In this document: in pieces, positions 20,266-30,159 of the stretch
Layout: each line of letters begins with the position of its first letter
How positions within the stretch are numbered: position 1 is the stretch's first letter
Assembly: GCA_030619715.1 (NCBI GenBank)
Contig: JAUXAW010000002.1
Span: forward strand, 1,221-65,220
DNA length: 64,000 nt
From: a candidate division WWE3 bacterium
GTDB taxonomy: Bacteria; Patescibacteriota; WWE3; JAUXAW01
Direction: 5' to 3'
Program-made: the position numbers and the translations under genes
Notes under the pieces: generated by a model
The model's database searches: none
Told to the model about the DNA's origin: nothing
Seen by the model: the letters and a program-made list of their open reading frames with translations, nothing else

Positions 20266-20715
20266 ATGGTGAAATTGATTGCCGAAAACCGCAGGGCTTT
20301 GGCAAATTACGAGATTGAGGAGAAGTTTGAGGCGGGGATTAGATTGACCGGCGCCGAGATAAAATCGGTCCGCCAGAGGCGGATTGATTTGCGGGGAAGT
20401 TTTGTCAAGATAGTTGATGACGAACCGTACGTTTTGAATCTTAAAATTCACCGGTATACACCTTCCGGCGACCGCGAATACGATCCCAAAAGAACTCGTA
20501 AGCTTTTGTTACAAAAACATCAGATTAAGCGACTGATAGGTAAAGACTCACAGAAAGGAGTAATGATTGTACCCTTAAGACTTTATCTTAAGAATAATGT
20601 GGCCAAGTTGGAGATTGGGGTGGGCAGGAAGAGAAAAAAATATGATAAGCGTGAGGTGCTTAAAGAACGTGACGACCGGCGGCGAGTAGAGCGAGAGACC
20701 CAAGAGAGACTATGA
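20266..20715 (+). CDS. smpB: SsrA-binding protein
   Basis: ENRRA..NYEI...EAGI.LTG.EIKS, DPKRTRKLLL and KKYDKRE motifs. Confidence 0.97.
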   Translation: MVKLIAENRRALANYEIEEKFEAGIRLTGAEIKSVRQRRIDLRGSFVKIVDDEPYVLNLKIHRYTPSGDREYDPKRTRKLLLQKHQIKRLIGKDSQKGVMIVPLRLYLKNNVAKLEIGVGRKRKKYDKREVLKERDDRRRVERETQERL

Positions 20716-21482
20716 GCCCCGAACCCTCTTTACTATCACATAAACGCTCCCGAAACACTTTACTAACGGGAATAAAAACCATTGTGGAAAAGTGGGGGAG
20801 AAGTGTTTTAGATTTTATTTTTCCTCTACGCTGCCCCGGCTGCAACAAGAAAGGTACCTGGTTTTGCGACGACTGTTTGGCCAAGCTGACTTTTCTTGAA
20901 ACCTTTCCCTGCGCCGTTTGTGGCAAAGAGGCGATCAAGGGAATAACCCATCCCCGCTGTCAAACAAAGTATACGTTGGATCGGCTGATCAGTATCTACC
21001 AATATGAGGGCCCGATCAAGAAGGCGATTGCCTGGCTGAAATATAAAGATGTGACCGGTCTGGCCAAAATCCTTGCCAATCTAATGGTCGAGGAGGTACG
21101 AGAGTTAGGAATCGAGTTTGGTTCGAAAACGATCATTATCCCCGTCCCCCTGCATTGGAAAAGAGCTTGGGATCGGGGCTTTAATCAGGCCGAACTTTTG
21201 GCCCGACCTTTTGGTAAGAGCTTGGGTCTTGAGGTCCGAGACGACCTTTTGCGAAGGACGCGGCACACCGAGCCGCAGATTAGGTTAAAACACGATCAGC
21301 GGCAAAAAAACGTTTCCGGAGCGTTTGCCGTTCCGGATTCAAAGAGAAACGAGGTCAAGAACAAGGATTTTCTCCTCGTTGACGATGTCTGTACCACCGG
21401 GGCCACCCTTGATGCCTGCGCCAACGCCCTCAAGCGCGCCGGCGCTCGCTATGTTTGGGCTCTTACTTTAGCGGGGGATTGA
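20712..21482 (+). CDS. comF: ComF family competence protein
   Basis: Zn-finger CxxC pairs, PVPLH, RGFNQ and LLVDDVCTTGAT motifs. Confidence 0.92.
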   Translation: MSPEPSLLSHKRSRNTLLTGIKTIVEKWGRSVLDFIFPLRCPGCNKKGTWFCDDCLAKLTFLETFPCAVCGKEAIKGITHPRCQTKYTLDRLISIYQYEGPIKKAIAWLKYKDVTGLAKILANLMVEEVRELGIEFGSKTIIIPVPLHWKRAWDRGFNQAELLARPFGKSLGLEVRDDLLRRTRHTEPQIRLKHDQRQKNVSGAFAVPDSKRNEVKNKDFLLVDDVCTTGATLDACANALKRAGARYVWALTLAGD

Positions 21483-21558
21483 AACCTCTCTACCTATTGG
21501 TGTTTAACGTTTGCGGATATACGAAGTCCTGATCTTAATTTTATCAGTCGAAAAACCT

Positions 21559-21822
21559 TTACTCATCCCACTCAATCAAATACATCCCGTGTTTTTCCAT
21601 CTGATTCGGGGTCCAGTATCTGGTCGGACTCCCATGCTTGGTAACTCTGCCTACCTTTTTAACACACTGTCTTCCGGTATACTCTTTTGTTTCGGGATCC
21701 CACTCCCTGAATACTATTTCATCACCGGCCTCTAATTCAAAGTCAGCCAGGCGGAAATCAACAGGGAGTTGTTGATCATTCTCAAACATGTCCGGCCAGA
21801 TCTTTTTTTCAATTCTTCTCAT
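21559..21822 (-). CDS. DUF3850 / ASCH-like domain protein
   Basis: KKIWP..F...FRLADF...GD...REWDP...YTGR. Confidence 0.75.
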   Translation of the reverse strand: MRRIEKKIWPDMFENDQQLPVDFRLADFELEAGDEIVFREWDPETKEYTGRQCVKKVGRVTKHGSPTRYWTPNQMEKHGMYLIEWDE

Positions 21823-21955
21823 TTGAACAATATAGTGTATAACTCGTTTTTATACGAAGTGTTTTCGTAAAACAACATCTTGATTTTATCATAATTTTAC
21901 GGATTGTGTGAAAACGGTTGATTTTTTCGGGGTTTGATGGTAGTATTTGTTTGCT

Positions 21956-22040
21956 GGAGGGTTGGCAGAGTGGTAATGCAGCGGCTTGCTAAGCCGTAAT
22001 CCTGACGGATTCACAGGTTCGAATCCTGTACCCTCCGCCA
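21956..22040 (+). tRNA. tRNA-Ser(GCT)
   Basis: Cloverleaf, anticodon arm cggc-tt-GCT-aa-gccg, long variable arm, GTTCGAATC, encoded CCA. Confidence 0.95.
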
Positions 22041-22041
22041 T

Positions 22042-22130
22042 GGAGGAGTGGCCGAGCGGTTTATGGCGCTGGTCTTGAAAACCAGTGGCGCGAAAGCGCC
22101 TCGCAGGTTCGAATCCTGTCTCCTCCGCCA
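22042..22130 (+). tRNA. tRNA-Ser(TGA)
   Basis: ctggt-ct-TGA-aa-accag, long variable arm, CCA. Confidence 0.95.
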
Positions 22131-22144
22131 CGTAAAAAATTATC

Positions 22145-22666
22145 ATGCCCGAAGAAGTAAAAGAAATAAACAAGTTTGTTTCTGACGAAATAAAAACTTT
22201 AGTTTCTTGGAAATCGCCGCTGCGGATTTTCAAAAAGCGGGACAAAAAGCACTTTACCAATTTAATTTTGGTCGTCTTTATCATCTCCCTCGTCTTGATC
22301 TTTTTCAAAGAGTTTCTGCTGGTCGGGGTGATTCTGGCTTTGGTTTTCGTCGCCTATGTCAATTCAAGTGTTGAGCCGCCGGAATTTGAGCACAAGATCA
22401 CGACCCAGGGCTTAACCTCCGGGGGGCACACTTATCTTTGGGACGAGTTGAAGGAGTTTTGGCTGGTTAAAAAGGATCGGCAGACGGTCCTAAACATCGA
22501 TACTAAGGTGCGGTTTCCCGGACGGCTTTTCATCGTCCTTAATGAGGGAAATGTGGAGGAGGTCAGGCAGGCTCTTTCTAAGTATATTTCCTTCCGCGAG
22601 CAGCCAAAAGTCGCCTGGCTCGACCAGCTGACCGATTGGTTTTCTCAAAAACTACAACTAGGTTGA
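22145..22666 (+). CDS. Conserved CPR membrane protein (DUF5673-like)
   Basis: W..P.R.FKKR, two TM helices, then ITTQG...Y.WDEL.EFW. Confidence 0.7.
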   Translation: MPEEVKEINKFVSDEIKTLVSWKSPLRIFKKRDKKHFTNLILVVFIISLVLIFFKEFLLVGVILALVFVAYVNSSVEPPEFEHKITTQGLTSGGHTYLWDELKEFWLVKKDRQTVLNIDTKVRFPGRLFIVLNEGNVEEVRQALSKYISFREQPKVAWLDQLTDWFSQKLQLG

Positions 22667-22742
22667 GCGCCCATGGCTTAATGGACAGAGCGCATCCTTG
22701 CGGAGGATGAGGTTGCAGGTTCGAATCCTGCTGGGCGCGCCA
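22667..22742 (+). tRNA. tRNA-Arg(GCG)
   Basis: catcc-tt-GCG-ga-ggatg; acceptor stem gcgccca/tgggcgc; CCA. Confidence 0.93.
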
Positions 22743-22764
22743 TCCGCCAAAGGCGGATTTGCGT

Positions 22765-22853
22765 GGAGGAGTAGCCAAGTGGTCATACGGCGCCGCTCTC
22801 GAAAAGCGTGCGGGTGAAAGCCCACGTGGGTTCGAATCCCACCTCCTCCGCCA
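22765..22853 (+). tRNA. tRNA-Ser(CGA)
   Basis: cgct-ct-CGA-aa-agcg, long variable arm, CCA. Confidence 0.93.
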
Positions 22854-22862
22854 TACCACCGT

Positions 22863-23564
22863 TTAGTTGTACACCTCCCAAATCCAAAAGGCGCGATCGA
22901 ACTCGAGCCAGGAGACTTTTGCTTTCTGACAGGCGATTTTCCAAATTTGATCCACTTTTTGGCGATCTTCGCGGTTGTAATCTTCTTTGTTAATAAATCC
23001 CCACTCATAAGTCAGTCGTAGTTTGTGGCGGTCGATTGGCATCGGGACTTTATTGATGTCAGGGTAGGGAAGTTTGAAGGTATTAACCATGCTTCGAAAA
23101 AACAAATCTCCCGTCTTTTTTCCAAACCCGCGAAACTGATAGATATTTTTTAAGACCTCCAGAGCTGCGGGTTTGTTGAAGATTTCAAAAACATCGCCGT
23201 TGAATTCGGCTAGCAGTTTTTGGGAATTGACTACCCATCTTTTGGCGGCCTCATTGGGGAAGCGGGCGTGGAGGAATTGAAGTGATAGCTTAGCCAGTCT
23301 TTTTTCGTCTGCCCTAGATAGCCTCTTGGGATCTAATAATTCCCTCCTCTCTTTAAATAATTCGTTTGCTCCTTGGTAGAGAGTCGTTGATCTCATTCCG
23401 TAATCAAGGACGGTAACGAGAAATAAGAAAACCGCCTTCTCTTGCCTGTTTGCCCAATCAGGCACCCAATCTTCGACGTTAATCTTGTTCTGGAAAACTC
23501 CTTTTCGAGCGCGAAAATCGGCCACCAACTTTTTGACAATTTGTTCTGGTGTTTTGGTTTTCAT
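22863..23564 (-). CDS. HhH-GPD-like DNA glycosylase family protein
   Basis: FRGFGKKTG (HhH), PIDRH and FDRAFW motifs; start taken at MKTKTP. Confidence 0.65.
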   Translation of the reverse strand: MKTKTPEQIVKKLVADFRARKGVFQNKINVEDWVPDWANRQEKAVFLFLVTVLDYGMRSTTLYQGANELFKERRELLDPKRLSRADEKRLAKLSLQFLHARFPNEAAKRWVVNSQKLLAEFNGDVFEIFNKPAALEVLKNIYQFRGFGKKTGDLFFRSMVNTFKLPYPDINKVPMPIDRHKLRLTYEWGFINKEDYNREDRQKVDQIWKIACQKAKVSWLEFDRAFWIWEVYN

Positions 23565-23568
23565 ACAA

Positions 23569-24036
23569 CTACTCCCGCCGCTTGATTTTGTTGATGTCGT
23601 CAGTTGTAATCCAAGCCGCCATTGTGCCGAAGCTGGTTTTGTCGATCGTGAAAGGTTTAACTTTTTCGACCGAATCGAGAAAGACAAAGATAGCGTAGTT
23701 TTTGTTGAGGATGTAGTTTTTAATCTCTCTGGGTATGGCTTCGAGGCCGAGGTCTTTTTTGGCGTGCTTTTTCATAACTTCTAACGCGTGATCGTTGTTT
23801 TTGATTTCGTATTGGAGAACCTTGGAGACTCTGGTTTTGACGGTAACCGGTTCTCCCGAGTTTTTGAAATAAAGATTATCTCCCGGATGAATCCGGTCCC
23901 ACGGCGTTATCTTTGATTTGTACCATCGCGACTCGGCGATCCTTGTTCCGTCTAGGATTTTAGGGATCAATCCCCACGACTTCTTCATAATCGCCACGTG
24001 GTCGCGTTTTGGTAAATCCCTAAGCGGTAGTTTCAT
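23569..24036 (-). CDS. ASCH/PUA-like domain protein
   Basis: HVAIMKKSWGLIPKILDG.R..ESRW...GD.LYFK. Confidence 0.7.
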   Translation of the reverse strand: MKLPLRDLPKRDHVAIMKKSWGLIPKILDGTRIAESRWYKSKITPWDRIHPGDNLYFKNSGEPVTVKTRVSKVLQYEIKNNDHALEVMKKHAKKDLGLEAIPREIKNYILNKNYAIFVFLDSVEKVKPFTIDKTSFGTMAAWITTDDINKIKRRE

Positions 24037-24089
24037 TTCTAACCGATTTTAGCATAGTGTGAGAAGGGAAGGTGTGGAGAAGTTTTCCA

Positions 24090-24200
24090 TTAAACTCACG
24101 ATCGTGAGTTTAAATACCCCATTTTTAAAAAGTTTTGAAAGTTTGAAATGTCTTGAAACTTTCAAGAAAAGACCGTCTTTAATTCACGATCGTGAGTTAA
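24090..24200. repeat. Pair of palindromes (AACTCACGATCGTGAGTT)
   Basis: Perfect 24-bp palindrome at 24090-24113 and a near-identical copy at 24179-24200. Confidence 0.85.
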
Positions 24201-24270
24201 CCGCGCTCTATTATGAAATAGGGTGGGGATTGGGTTTTAGGGCTGGGTGTGTTACAATGTGGGTGGTTGT

Positions 24271-24346
24271 GCCTCCGTAGCTTAATGGACAGAGCGTCGG
24301 TTTCCGGAACCGAAGGTTGTGAGTTCGAGTCTCGCCGGAGGCGCCA
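24271..24346 (+). tRNA. tRNA-Arg(CCG)
   Basis: tcggt-tt-CCG-ga-accga; acceptor stem gcctccg/cggaggc; CCA. Confidence 0.95.
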
Positions 24347-24350
24347 CCCT

Positions 24351-24944
24351 TTACAATAAATGATCGGGGATTGGAAATTTTTTGAACTCCTCAAGTAACG
24401 GTTTCCCAAAAACAAATCTCGAAAATGCCTCGGCCTCTACTTTTGCACCGGTAAGCGCGTTGTGTGGTTTTGGCTCATCTGGCAATCCCACATAGTTCAA
24501 AATTTTGTCTAAGTTTAGAGCCGTTCTCCCTTCCTTGCTGGGTGGAGCTATGCCTCTTTTGAGGTGGTGAAAATGGCAGATGGAGTGTAAATCTACAGTT
24601 CTGTGGCCGAGCGCCCACCCGATACCGTACCTCTCCGCTGACGCTTTCAGAAAACCTTTGTCAAACGAGGGGTCTTGGCCAGCAAGCGTTTTTTCTTGCA
24701 ATTTTTCTACCCACCCAAAAAATCCTTTTATTACTTCTTCTAAAGTTTTCTTGTTGGGATCTCTAACTTCTTTCTCGGAGAAACCGTTTACTTCCAACGC
24801 TTCTTGTGATACTTCCGCACCATCCCAAATTCTACATTCTTGATAAAACTGATTTTCGGGATTGGAAAAATTAACAGCACCGATACTGACGATAGAGTGT
24901 TTTCTAAGGTCTAATCCTGTTGTTTCAACATCAACAACGATCAT
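24351..24944 (-). CDS. DEDDh 3'-5' exonuclease
   Basis: VVDVETTGLD, SFD and HNAL motifs. Confidence 0.9.
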   Translation of the reverse strand: MIVVDVETTGLDLRKHSIVSIGAVNFSNPENQFYQECRIWDGAEVSQEALEVNGFSEKEVRDPNKKTLEEVIKGFFGWVEKLQEKTLAGQDPSFDKGFLKASAERYGIGWALGHRTVDLHSICHFHHLKRGIAPPSKEGRTALNLDKILNYVGLPDEPKPHNALTGAKVEAEAFSRFVFGKPLLEEFKKFPIPDHLL

Positions 24945-24951
24945 AGGGATT

Positions 24952-25233
24952 TTACTCAAACCTGGACTTCTTCCTGATCGCCAGGACGACGAAGCCGTGC
25001 TTTTCGATTTCCTCTTTCGTATGGAACTTTTCCATCTCTTTCGTGTTGAATTTATACAGAACCTCACATTCTATTTCTCGCCCGGTGAGGTCTTTAGTTC
25101 TCTGTTTTTGTTCTTTGAGAACGAGGGTATCGCCGGGTTGGCATTCAAAATCGGCCAACCGAACCTCAAAAGGTTTCTTGCCTTCTACCACGGCTTCAAA
25201 ATATTTTTGCTGAACCTTCTTCTCGATTTTCAT
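24952..25233 (-). CDS. DUF3850 / ASCH-like domain protein
   Basis: YFEAVVEGKKPFEVRLADF...GDTLVLKE...TGR. Confidence 0.85.
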   Translation of the reverse strand: MKIEKKVQQKYFEAVVEGKKPFEVRLADFECQPGDTLVLKEQKQRTKDLTGREIECEVLYKFNTKEMEKFHTKEEIEKHGFVVLAIRKKSRFE

Positions 25234-25280
25234 AACTTAATTTGCTTAGTAACCGCTTTCTTCGTATAATATCACATGCT

Positions 25281-25370
25281 GGAGGAGTCGCATAGTGGCC
25301 TAGTGCGCACGCCTGGAAAGCGTGTTTACCCGCAAGGGTATCGTGGGTTCGAATCCCACCTCCTCCGCCA
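25281..25370 (+). tRNA. tRNA-Ser(GGA)
   Basis: cacgc-ct-GGA-aa-gcgtg, long variable arm, CCA; TATAAT at 25265. Confidence 0.95.
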
Positions 25371-25418
25371 CCACCACCCCCCAATCCTTAAGAGACTTTA
25401 TGATAAAATCAAGGGGAA

Positions 25419-25709
25419 GTGGAAAAGGAAATCGCTGATAAAATAACTCACACCCTTCTTGGCTTTTCGAGCGGTTTTATATTTGCGTTCCTGTTGTGGA
25501 AGATTACCGCATCCAAAATTGGTTATCTAACTCACCAAGGGGGTTATCATTTCCACCACAGCCTTTTTGGATTGTTGGCGTTTCTTTTTATTCCTATATT
25601 CCGAAGTGATTCTAACAAGACGTTTTTTATTGTGGGTTTTGGTCTGGGGGTAATATTACAACATACAATCAAGGAGAGGTTCGTGTTTATCACCAAAGAT
25701 AGTATCTGA
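25419..25709 (+). CDS. Small membrane protein
   Basis: Three TM helices; GYHFHHS motif. Confidence 0.65.
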   Translation: MEKEIADKITHTLLGFSSGFIFAFLLWKITASKIGYLTHQGGYHFHHSLFGLLAFLFIPIFRSDSNKTFFIVGFGLGVILQHTIKERFVFITKDSI

Positions 25710-25772
25710 GTTGCTCTGATCTATCACCAAAACTACACAAAATACATCATTTCCTGCTAAAATAGAGATACT

Positions 25773-27545
25773 GTGGCTGACCAAATCCAAGAAATCAAGT
25801 CAAAGGTTGATATTGTCGACCTTGTTTCCGGCTATGTGCCGCTGAAGAAGGCCGGGAAGAATTACAAGGCCCTCTGTCCCTTCCACAAGGAGAAAACACC
25901 TTCGTTCATGGTCTCACCGGAATTGCAGATTTTCAAATGTTTTGGCTGCGGACGCGGTGGGGACATTTACGCTTTTCTTCAGGAAATTGAGGGAATGGAG
26001 TTTGGCGAAGCTCTAAGGATTTTGGCCGAAAGGACCGGTGTCAAGCTAGAGTCGCGTCGGCCCTCACCGCAGGAGGAAAAGCGCAAGCAGATTCTGGAAG
26101 TTAACAGTTTAACCAAAGAATACTTCGGCTATATTTTGACCAAACATCGGGTCGGGGAGCGGGCTCGAGATTACCTAAATAAGAGAGGGATAAAAAAAGA
26201 GACAATTGAGACTTTTGGCCTCGGTTACGCGCCGGATTCCTGGGAAAGTTTGGCCCAATTTTTACGAAGTAAAAACTACCCAATAACCGCACTTTTGGCC
26301 GCCGGTTTGGTCAGATTGCGGGAGCGAGATAAGACTCCTTATGATTTTTTTCGCGGACGGCTCATCTTTCCCTTCTTTGGCCATAACAAAAGGATTATCG
26401 GTTTTGCCGGTCGAACCTTAGGGGAAGATGAACCCAAATACATCAACATCGGCGAAACTCCCGCCTTCCGAAAAGGGTCGTTCTTGTATGGTTTAGAGCA
26501 GGCCAAGACGGAGATTAAGAAGCAAAATTCGGCCATTGTTGTCGAGGGGCCTTTTGATGTCATTTCCCCCTTTCAGTCCGGAACCCAGAACATCGTCGGT
26601 TCGCAGGGGACGGCATTGACCTTAGACCAGATCAAAATTCTCAAACGCTACACCCCGAATATTTCCCTCTGCTACGATACCGACCTGGCCGGTGATGCCG
26701 CGGCGAAGCGGGGAATTGATCTGGCCGAAGAAAGAGGATTAAACGTCAAAGTGATCACCCTGCCAAATGAGTACAAAGACCCCGACGAAATTGCCCAGAA
26801 AGACGCCGCTCTTTGGAAAGAAGTGGTTGACTCTGCCGTTTCCGTCTACGATTTCTTTTTTTCCTCGGCTTTCAAACGACACGATGTGGCCAAACCATTA
26901 GGTAAAAAGCAGATCGCCGCCGAGCTCTTGCCGATTATCAAGGCCATTCCCGACGAGATTGAGCGGGAGCATTATGTTCAGCGTCTAGCTTTAGAGCTGG
27001 AGGTTGATGAAGGAGTTGTCCGGTCGGCGATGGAAAAAACAGGGAGGAGAGAGGAGAGAGGAGAGAGGAGAGAGGAGAAGGAGGTTGAGGTTAAGGAGGA
27101 GAAGTTAGGGCTTGAAGAGTACGTGTTGGCTTTGGTTTTACACTCCCCTTTGGAGCTGGCGCAAAAGACGCTGCACAAGCTGGGTAAGGGCGATTTTGGA
27201 AACGAGACTACTTTAGGTCTTTTCGAAGAGCTAAAGAGCTACTTTTCCGGCCGTAAGAGGAAATTGGATATTAAAGCTCTTGGTGGTAAACTTGGGGGGA
27301 AGGGTAAGGATCTGTTAGGCAAGATTTACCTTTGGAACCTTGGAGAGCTTCCAGGTCAAGAGACAAAATTGGAAGAGGAAATTGAGGGAGCGTCGCGGTT
27401 ATTAAAGAAGCGTGGTCTCCAGCGGGAACTCAAAAATTTAAGTCTCAAGATTAAAGACGCGGAGCTGATGGGGGATAAGAGGACTTTAGAGTCAGCTCGA
27501 GAGGCCTTCCAAAAGGTTTCCCAACAGCTAGCAAAAATATCTTAA
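25773..27545 (+). CDS. dnaG: DNA primase
   Basis: CPFHKEKTPSF...CFGC zinc domain; VEGPFD and YDTD TOPRIM motifs. Confidence 0.98.
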   Translation: MADQIQEIKSKVDIVDLVSGYVPLKKAGKNYKALCPFHKEKTPSFMVSPELQIFKCFGCGRGGDIYAFLQEIEGMEFGEALRILAERTGVKLESRRPSPQEEKRKQILEVNSLTKEYFGYILTKHRVGERARDYLNKRGIKKETIETFGLGYAPDSWESLAQFLRSKNYPITALLAAGLVRLRERDKTPYDFFRGRLIFPFFGHNKRIIGFAGRTLGEDEPKYINIGETPAFRKGSFLYGLEQAKTEIKKQNSAIVVEGPFDVISPFQSGTQNIVGSQGTALTLDQIKILKRYTPNISLCYDTDLAGDAAAKRGIDLAEERGLNVKVITLPNEYKDPDEIAQKDAALWKEVVDSAVSVYDFFFSSAFKRHDVAKPLGKKQIAAELLPIIKAIPDEIEREHYVQRLALELEVDEGVVRSAMEKTGRREERGERREEKEVEVKEEKLGLEEYVLALVLHSPLELAQKTLHKLGKGDFGNETTLGLFEELKSYFSGRKRKLDIKALGGKLGGKGKDLLGKIYLWNLGELPGQETKLEEEIEGASRLLKKRGLQRELKNLSLKIKDAELMGDKRTLESAREAFQKVSQQLAKIS

Positions 27546-27551
27546 GTAAAG

Positions 27552-28619
<1,068 letters not shown>

Positions 28620-28776
28620 CTCTCCCCAAGTTAGGAAGTTAGGTGATGCCTATTCTGTTTCTGTGGTTTTGCGTCAAATACTTCAGCGCTATGTAGTGCT
28701 AAATAATTCGTCAATTTTTACACCGAATGTTGCCGGTTGCTTTTGGTTCCTTTTTATGATATAAAAGAAAATGCGT

Positions 28777-28824
28777 TCCGCGGTAGCTCTCCGCCAGCTG
28801 GCGGAGGTAGAGCGAAGGCATGTT
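28777..28824 (+). pseudogene. Duplicated 5' half of tRNA-Asn with a palindrome inserted in the D-loop
   Basis: tccgcggtagctc[tccgccagctggcgga]ggtagagcgaaggcatgtt versus the intact tccggggtagctc[aat]ggtagagcgaaggcctgtt. Confidence 0.85.
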
Positions 28825-29071
28825 CGAAGTGTACGCTATTTACAATAGAAAGAATGACAAGATATACATAGGGCAAACAAGGGATTTGGAGGCGAGGTTA
28901 AAGGCTCATAATGATGGGAGATTTACTAACTCTTATACGGCGAGGTTTGACGGCGGGTGGGAATTAATTTATAGTGAGCCAAGCCGGACCCACGCCCAAG
29001 CTTTAAGGAGGGAGAAGCAATTGAAGAGTTATAGAGGTAGGGAGTTTATTAAGCAACACATTCCGGGGTAG
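28820..29071 (+). CDS. Small stand-alone GIY-YIG nuclease
   Basis: VYAI...IYIGQT.DL..RL..HN...A..REKQLK motifs. Confidence 0.92.
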   Translation: MFEVYAIYNRKNDKIYIGQTRDLEARLKAHNDGRFTNSYTARFDGGWELIYSEPSRTHAQALRREKQLKSYRGREFIKQHIPG

Positions 29072-29136
29072 CTCAATGGTAGAGCGAAGGCCTGTTAAGC
29101 CTGCGGTTGAGAGTTCGAATCTCTCCCCCGGAGCCA
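29062..29136 (+). tRNA. tRNA-Asn(GTT)
   Basis: aggc-ct-GTT-aa-gcct; acceptor stem tccgggg/ccccgga; CCA. Confidence 0.93.
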
Positions 29137-29193
29137 AACCCTTTAGAATGGCGTGATTACGCCATTTTCTTGTTTTGTGATAAGATTGATGCA

Positions 29194-29946
29194 ATGGGGT
29201 TCAAGCTATTGATCTTCGATCTTGACGGAACGGCTGTGCCTAACAAACCGGACGGGCTGCCTTCTGAGGCGGTTATCGGTGCGGTGGAGAAGGCAAAGAA
29301 ATTTGTTGAGGTCAGTGTAGCAACAGGTAGAGCTATTACCATGGCCCGACCGATCCTTAAAAAGTTCAACCTAACCTCTCCGTGCATCATCTCTGGTGGA
29401 ACACAAATCATCAATCCACAAACAGAAGAAACATTGTGGGAGAAAAGATTATCAAAGCATCAGGTTGAGAGAATAATCCAAGTTTGCTTTCCGTACCATT
29501 ACGAAATTCTGTTTGCGGAAGAGACCAACGGTTCTTCAGCAAAAGAAAAAAACGTCGTGGGGTCAGAGAGAATCGTGTATATCATGAACGTTGAAGAGGG
29601 GGATGATCATAAGATGCTAAGGGAATTAGATGAGCTAGATGAGGTGGCAGCCTACGGAGTTAAATCTTGGACTAAGGGTTGTACCGATATCCATGCTACT
29701 CACAAACAAGCCACAAAGAAGTACGCCATGAAGACTTTGTTAGAAATGATTGGGGTGGACAAAGAGGCAGTACTTTGTGTGGGTGATAGTACTAACGATT
29801 TACCGCTCTTTGAAACATCCGGCTTTAAGGTGGCAATGGGGAACGCGTCCGAAGAGATCAAGCAGCTTGCCGATTACATCGCCCCTTCAGTAGAAGAAGA
29901 TGGGATGGTGGAGGTTATAAATAAACTCATCGTCTCGAAGCGGTAG
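29194..29946 (+). CDS. Cof-type HAD-IIB hydrolase
   Basis: FDLDGT, ATGR, GDSTND and AMGNA motifs. Confidence 0.92.
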   Translation: MGFKLLIFDLDGTAVPNKPDGLPSEAVIGAVEKAKKFVEVSVATGRAITMARPILKKFNLTSPCIISGGTQIINPQTEETLWEKRLSKHQVERIIQVCFPYHYEILFAEETNGSSAKEKNVVGSERIVYIMNVEEGDDHKMLRELDELDEVAAYGVKSWTKGCTDIHATHKQATKKYAMKTLLEMIGVDKEAVLCVGDSTNDLPLFETSGFKVAMGNASEEIKQLADYIAPSVEEDGMVEVINKLIVSKR

Positions 29947-30159
29947 CTAGTTCCAGCTCCATCCCCTACACAAATCTTGCCAAAGCGGGTACCGATGTTC
30001 TATCTTTGACAAAATAGGTTCGAAGTTCCGCCTCGGTTTCGCCCACGGCGGGACGGATTGTACGACCGGGGCCACCCCCTTCGCCAAGGCTTCGGAGGGC
30101 AAGCCCCTCCCGTCACATATTGCCACCCCCACCCCAAAATCTGATACAATAATCGTACG

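Noticed and set aside
20266-21000. tmRNA next to smpB
   Set aside because: No ssrA-like termini were found; comF follows directly.
21889-25384. ORFs such as 21889-22308, 22578-22859, 24197-24415 and 25196-25384
   Set aside because: They are antisense translations of tRNA genes.
29107-29193. N-terminal extension of the HAD ORF
   Set aside because: It overlaps tRNA-Asn and its terminator; the ATG at 29194 fits the family start.
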